Under the pieces are notes generated by a model. The model made no database searches. It was not told the DNA's origin and worked only from the letters and a program-made list of their open reading frames with translations. 64,000 nucleotides of DNA, taken from positions 496,001 to 560,000 of the forward strand of contig CBFDEM010000063.1 in assembly GCA_965603825.1 (NCBI GenBank), given 5' to 3'. This document shows, piece by piece, positions 61,733-64,000 of this stretch. Within the stretch, counting starts at the first letter, position 1. Every line of letters starts with the position of its first letter. The stretch is from Blepharisma stoltei ATCC 30299. Its lineage: Eukaryota > Protista > Ciliophora. The position numbers and the translations under genes are program-made.

Positions 61733-64000
61733 GTGTTAGGGTGTTAGGGTGTTAGGGTGTTAGGGTGTTAGGGGTGTTAGGGTGTTAGGGTGTTAGGTGT
61801 TAGGGTGTTAGGGTGTTAGGGTGTTAGGGTGTTAGGGTGTTAGGGTGTTAGGGTGTTAGGGTGTTAGGGTGTTAGGGTGTTAGGGTGTTAGGGTGTTAGG
61901 GTGTTAGGGTGTTAGGGTGTTAGGGTGTTAGGGTGTTAGGGTGTTAGGGTGTTAGGGTGTTAGGGTGTTAGGGTGTTAGGGTGTTAGGGTGTTAGGGTGT
62001 TAGGGTGTTAGGGTGTTAGGGTGTTAGGGTGTTAGGGGTGTTAGGGTGTTAGGGTGTTAGGGTGTTAGGGTGTTAGGGGTGTTAGGGTGTTAGGGTGTTA
62101 GGGTGTTAGGGTGTTAGGGTGTTAGGGTGTTAGGGTGTTAGGGTGTTAGGGTGTTAGGGGTGTTAGGGGTGTTAGGGTGTTAGGGTGTTAGGGTGTTAGG
62201 GTGTTAGGGTGTTAGGGGTGTTAGGGTGTTAGGGTGTTAGGGTGTTAGGGGTGTTAGGGTGTTAGGTGTTAGGGTGTTAGGGTGTTAGGGTGTTAGGGTG
62301 TTAGGGTGTTAGGGTGTTAGGGTGTTAGGGTGTTAGGGTGTTAGGGTGTTAGGTGGTGTTAGGGTGTTAGGGTGTTAGGGTGTTAGGGTGTTAGGGTGTT
62401 AGGGTGTTAGGGTGTTAGGGTGTTAGGGTGTTAGGGTGTTAGGGTGTTAGGGTGTTAGGGTGTTAGGGTGTTAGGGGTGTTAGGGTGTTAGGGTGTTAGG
62501 GTGTTAGGGTGTTAGGGTGTTAGGGTGTTAGGGTGTTAGGGTGTTAGGGTGTTAGGGTGTTAGGGTGTTAGGGTGTTAGGGTGTTAGGGTGTTAGGGTGT
62601 TAGGGTGTTAGGGTGTTAGGGTGTTAGGGTGTTAGGGTGTTAGGGTGTTAGGGTGTTAGGGTGTTAGGGTGTTAGGGTGTTAGGGTGTTAGGGTGTTAGG
62701 GTGTTAGGGTGTTAGGGTGTTAGGGTGTTAGGGTGTTAGGGTGTTAGGGTGTTAGGGTGTTAGGGTGTTAGGGTGTTAGGGTGTTAGGGTGTTAGGGTGT
62801 TAGGGTGTTAGGGTGTTAGGGTGTTAGGGTGTTAGGGTGTTAGGGTGTTAGGGTGTTAGGGTGTTAGGGTGTTAGGGTGTTAGGGTGTTAGGGTGTTAGG
62901 GTGTTAGGGTGTTAGGGTGTTAGGGTGTTAGGGTGTTAGGGTGTTAGGGTGTTAGGGTGTTAGGGTGTTAGGGTGTTAGGGTGTTAGGGTGTTAGGGGTG
63001 TTAGGGTGTTAGGGTGTTAGGGTGTTAGGGTGTTAGGGTGTTAGGGTGTTAGGGTGTTAGGGTGTTAGGGTGTTAGGGTGTTAGGGTGTTAGGGTGTTAG
63101 GGTGTTAGGGTGTTAGGGTGTTAGGGTGTTAGGGTGTTAGGGTGTTAGGGGGTTGGGTGTTAGGGTGTTAGGGTGTTAGGGTGTTAGGGTGTTAGGGTGT
63201 TAGGGGTGTTAGGGTGTTAGGGTGTTAGGGTGTTAGGGTGTTAGGGTGTTAGGGTGTTAGGGTGTTAGGGTGTTAGGGTGTTAGGGTGTTAGGGTGTTAG
63301 GGTGTTAGGGTGTAGGGTGTTAGGGTGTTAGGGTGTTAGGGTGTTAGGGTGTTAGGGTGTTAGGGTGTTAGGGTGTTAGGGTGTTAGGGTGTTAGGGTGT
63401 TAGGGTGTTAGGGTGTTAGGGTGTTAGGGTGTTAGGGTGTTAGGGTGTTAGGGTGTTAGGGTGTTAGGGTGTTAGGGTGTTAGGGTGTTAGGGTGTTAGG
63501 GTGTTAGGGTGTTAGGGTGTTAGGGTGTTAGGGTGTTAGGGTGTTAGGGTGTTAGGGTGTTAGGGTGTTAGGGTGTTAGGGTGTTAGGGTGTTAGGGTGT
63601 TAGGGTGTTAGGGTGTTAGGGTGTTAGGGTGTTAGGGTGTTGGGTGTTAGGGTGTTAGGGTGTTAGGGTGTTAGGGTGTTAGGGTGTTAGGGTGTGTTAG
63701 GGTGTTAGGGTGTTAGGGTGTTAGGGTGTTAGGGTGTTAGGGGTGTTAGGGTGTTAGGGGTGTTAGGGTGTTAGGGTGTGTAGGGTGTTAGGGGTGTTAG
63801 GGTGTTAGGGTGTTAGGGTGTTAGGGTGTTAGGGTGTTAGGGTGTTAGGGTGTTAGGGTGTTAGGGTGTTAGGGGAGTTAGGGTGTTAGGGTGTAGGGTG
63901 TTAGGGTGTTAGGGTGTTAGGGTGTTAGGGTGTTAGGGTGTTAGGGTGTTAGGGTGTTAGGGTGTTAGGGTGTTAGGGTGTTAGGGTGTTAGGGTGTTAG
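61733..64000 (+). repeat. telomere (TGTTAGGG)n / (CCCTAACA)n
   Basis: About 2.27 kb of 8-mer repeat with the G-rich strand running toward the end. This is the heterotrich (Blepharisma/Stentor) telomere unit. Confidence 0.99.

Noticed and set aside
61733-64000. Variant telomere units (extra or missing G/T)
   Set aside because: Sporadic single-base indels are consistent with long-read error or telomerase slippage. No higher-order pattern seen.

Overview
Terminal 64 kb of an AT-rich heterotrich ciliate macronuclear chromosome, almost certainly Blepharisma. Three signatures agree: a (TGTTAGGG)n = (CCCTAACA)n telomere from ~61733 to the end, in-frame TGA read as Trp at conserved Trp positions (TAA/TAG are the stops), and 15-nt GT..AG introns. 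The supplied ORF track is therefore fragmented, and I rebuilt the genes by hand. The first ~34 kb is densely packed with mostly conserved genes: C2H2 zinc finger, NUDT5-like hydrolase, GAPDH, 14-3-3, dynein LC8, a WD40-TRP-like channel, a GSK3-like kinase, WDR90/POC16, a stand-alone voltage-sensor-like protein, a Cys-rich surface protein, a C2 protein, cyclin, MVD, an EME1-like protein, an acidic repeat secretory polyprotein and an aspartic protease. The last ~27 kb is a subtelomeric turnover zone. It holds tandem duplications, pseudogenes, a kelch-like family, CCHC coiled-coil genes, a ubiquitin-like fusion gene, a ~1143-aa Venus-flytrap multipass receptor hidden by ~17 UGA codons, and a TPR-array gene. 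The best candidates for new biology are (i) a modular Zn-finger/coiled-coil family with swappable Kelch or TPR C-termini, (ii) the hidden receptor, (iii) the F[LIV]Q-punctuated acidic polyprotein, and (iv) a precise 72-bp TA-bounded IES-like insertion next to an 8-bp-direct-repeat insertion in a kelch pseudogene. Family assignments are from motif recognition, not database searches.
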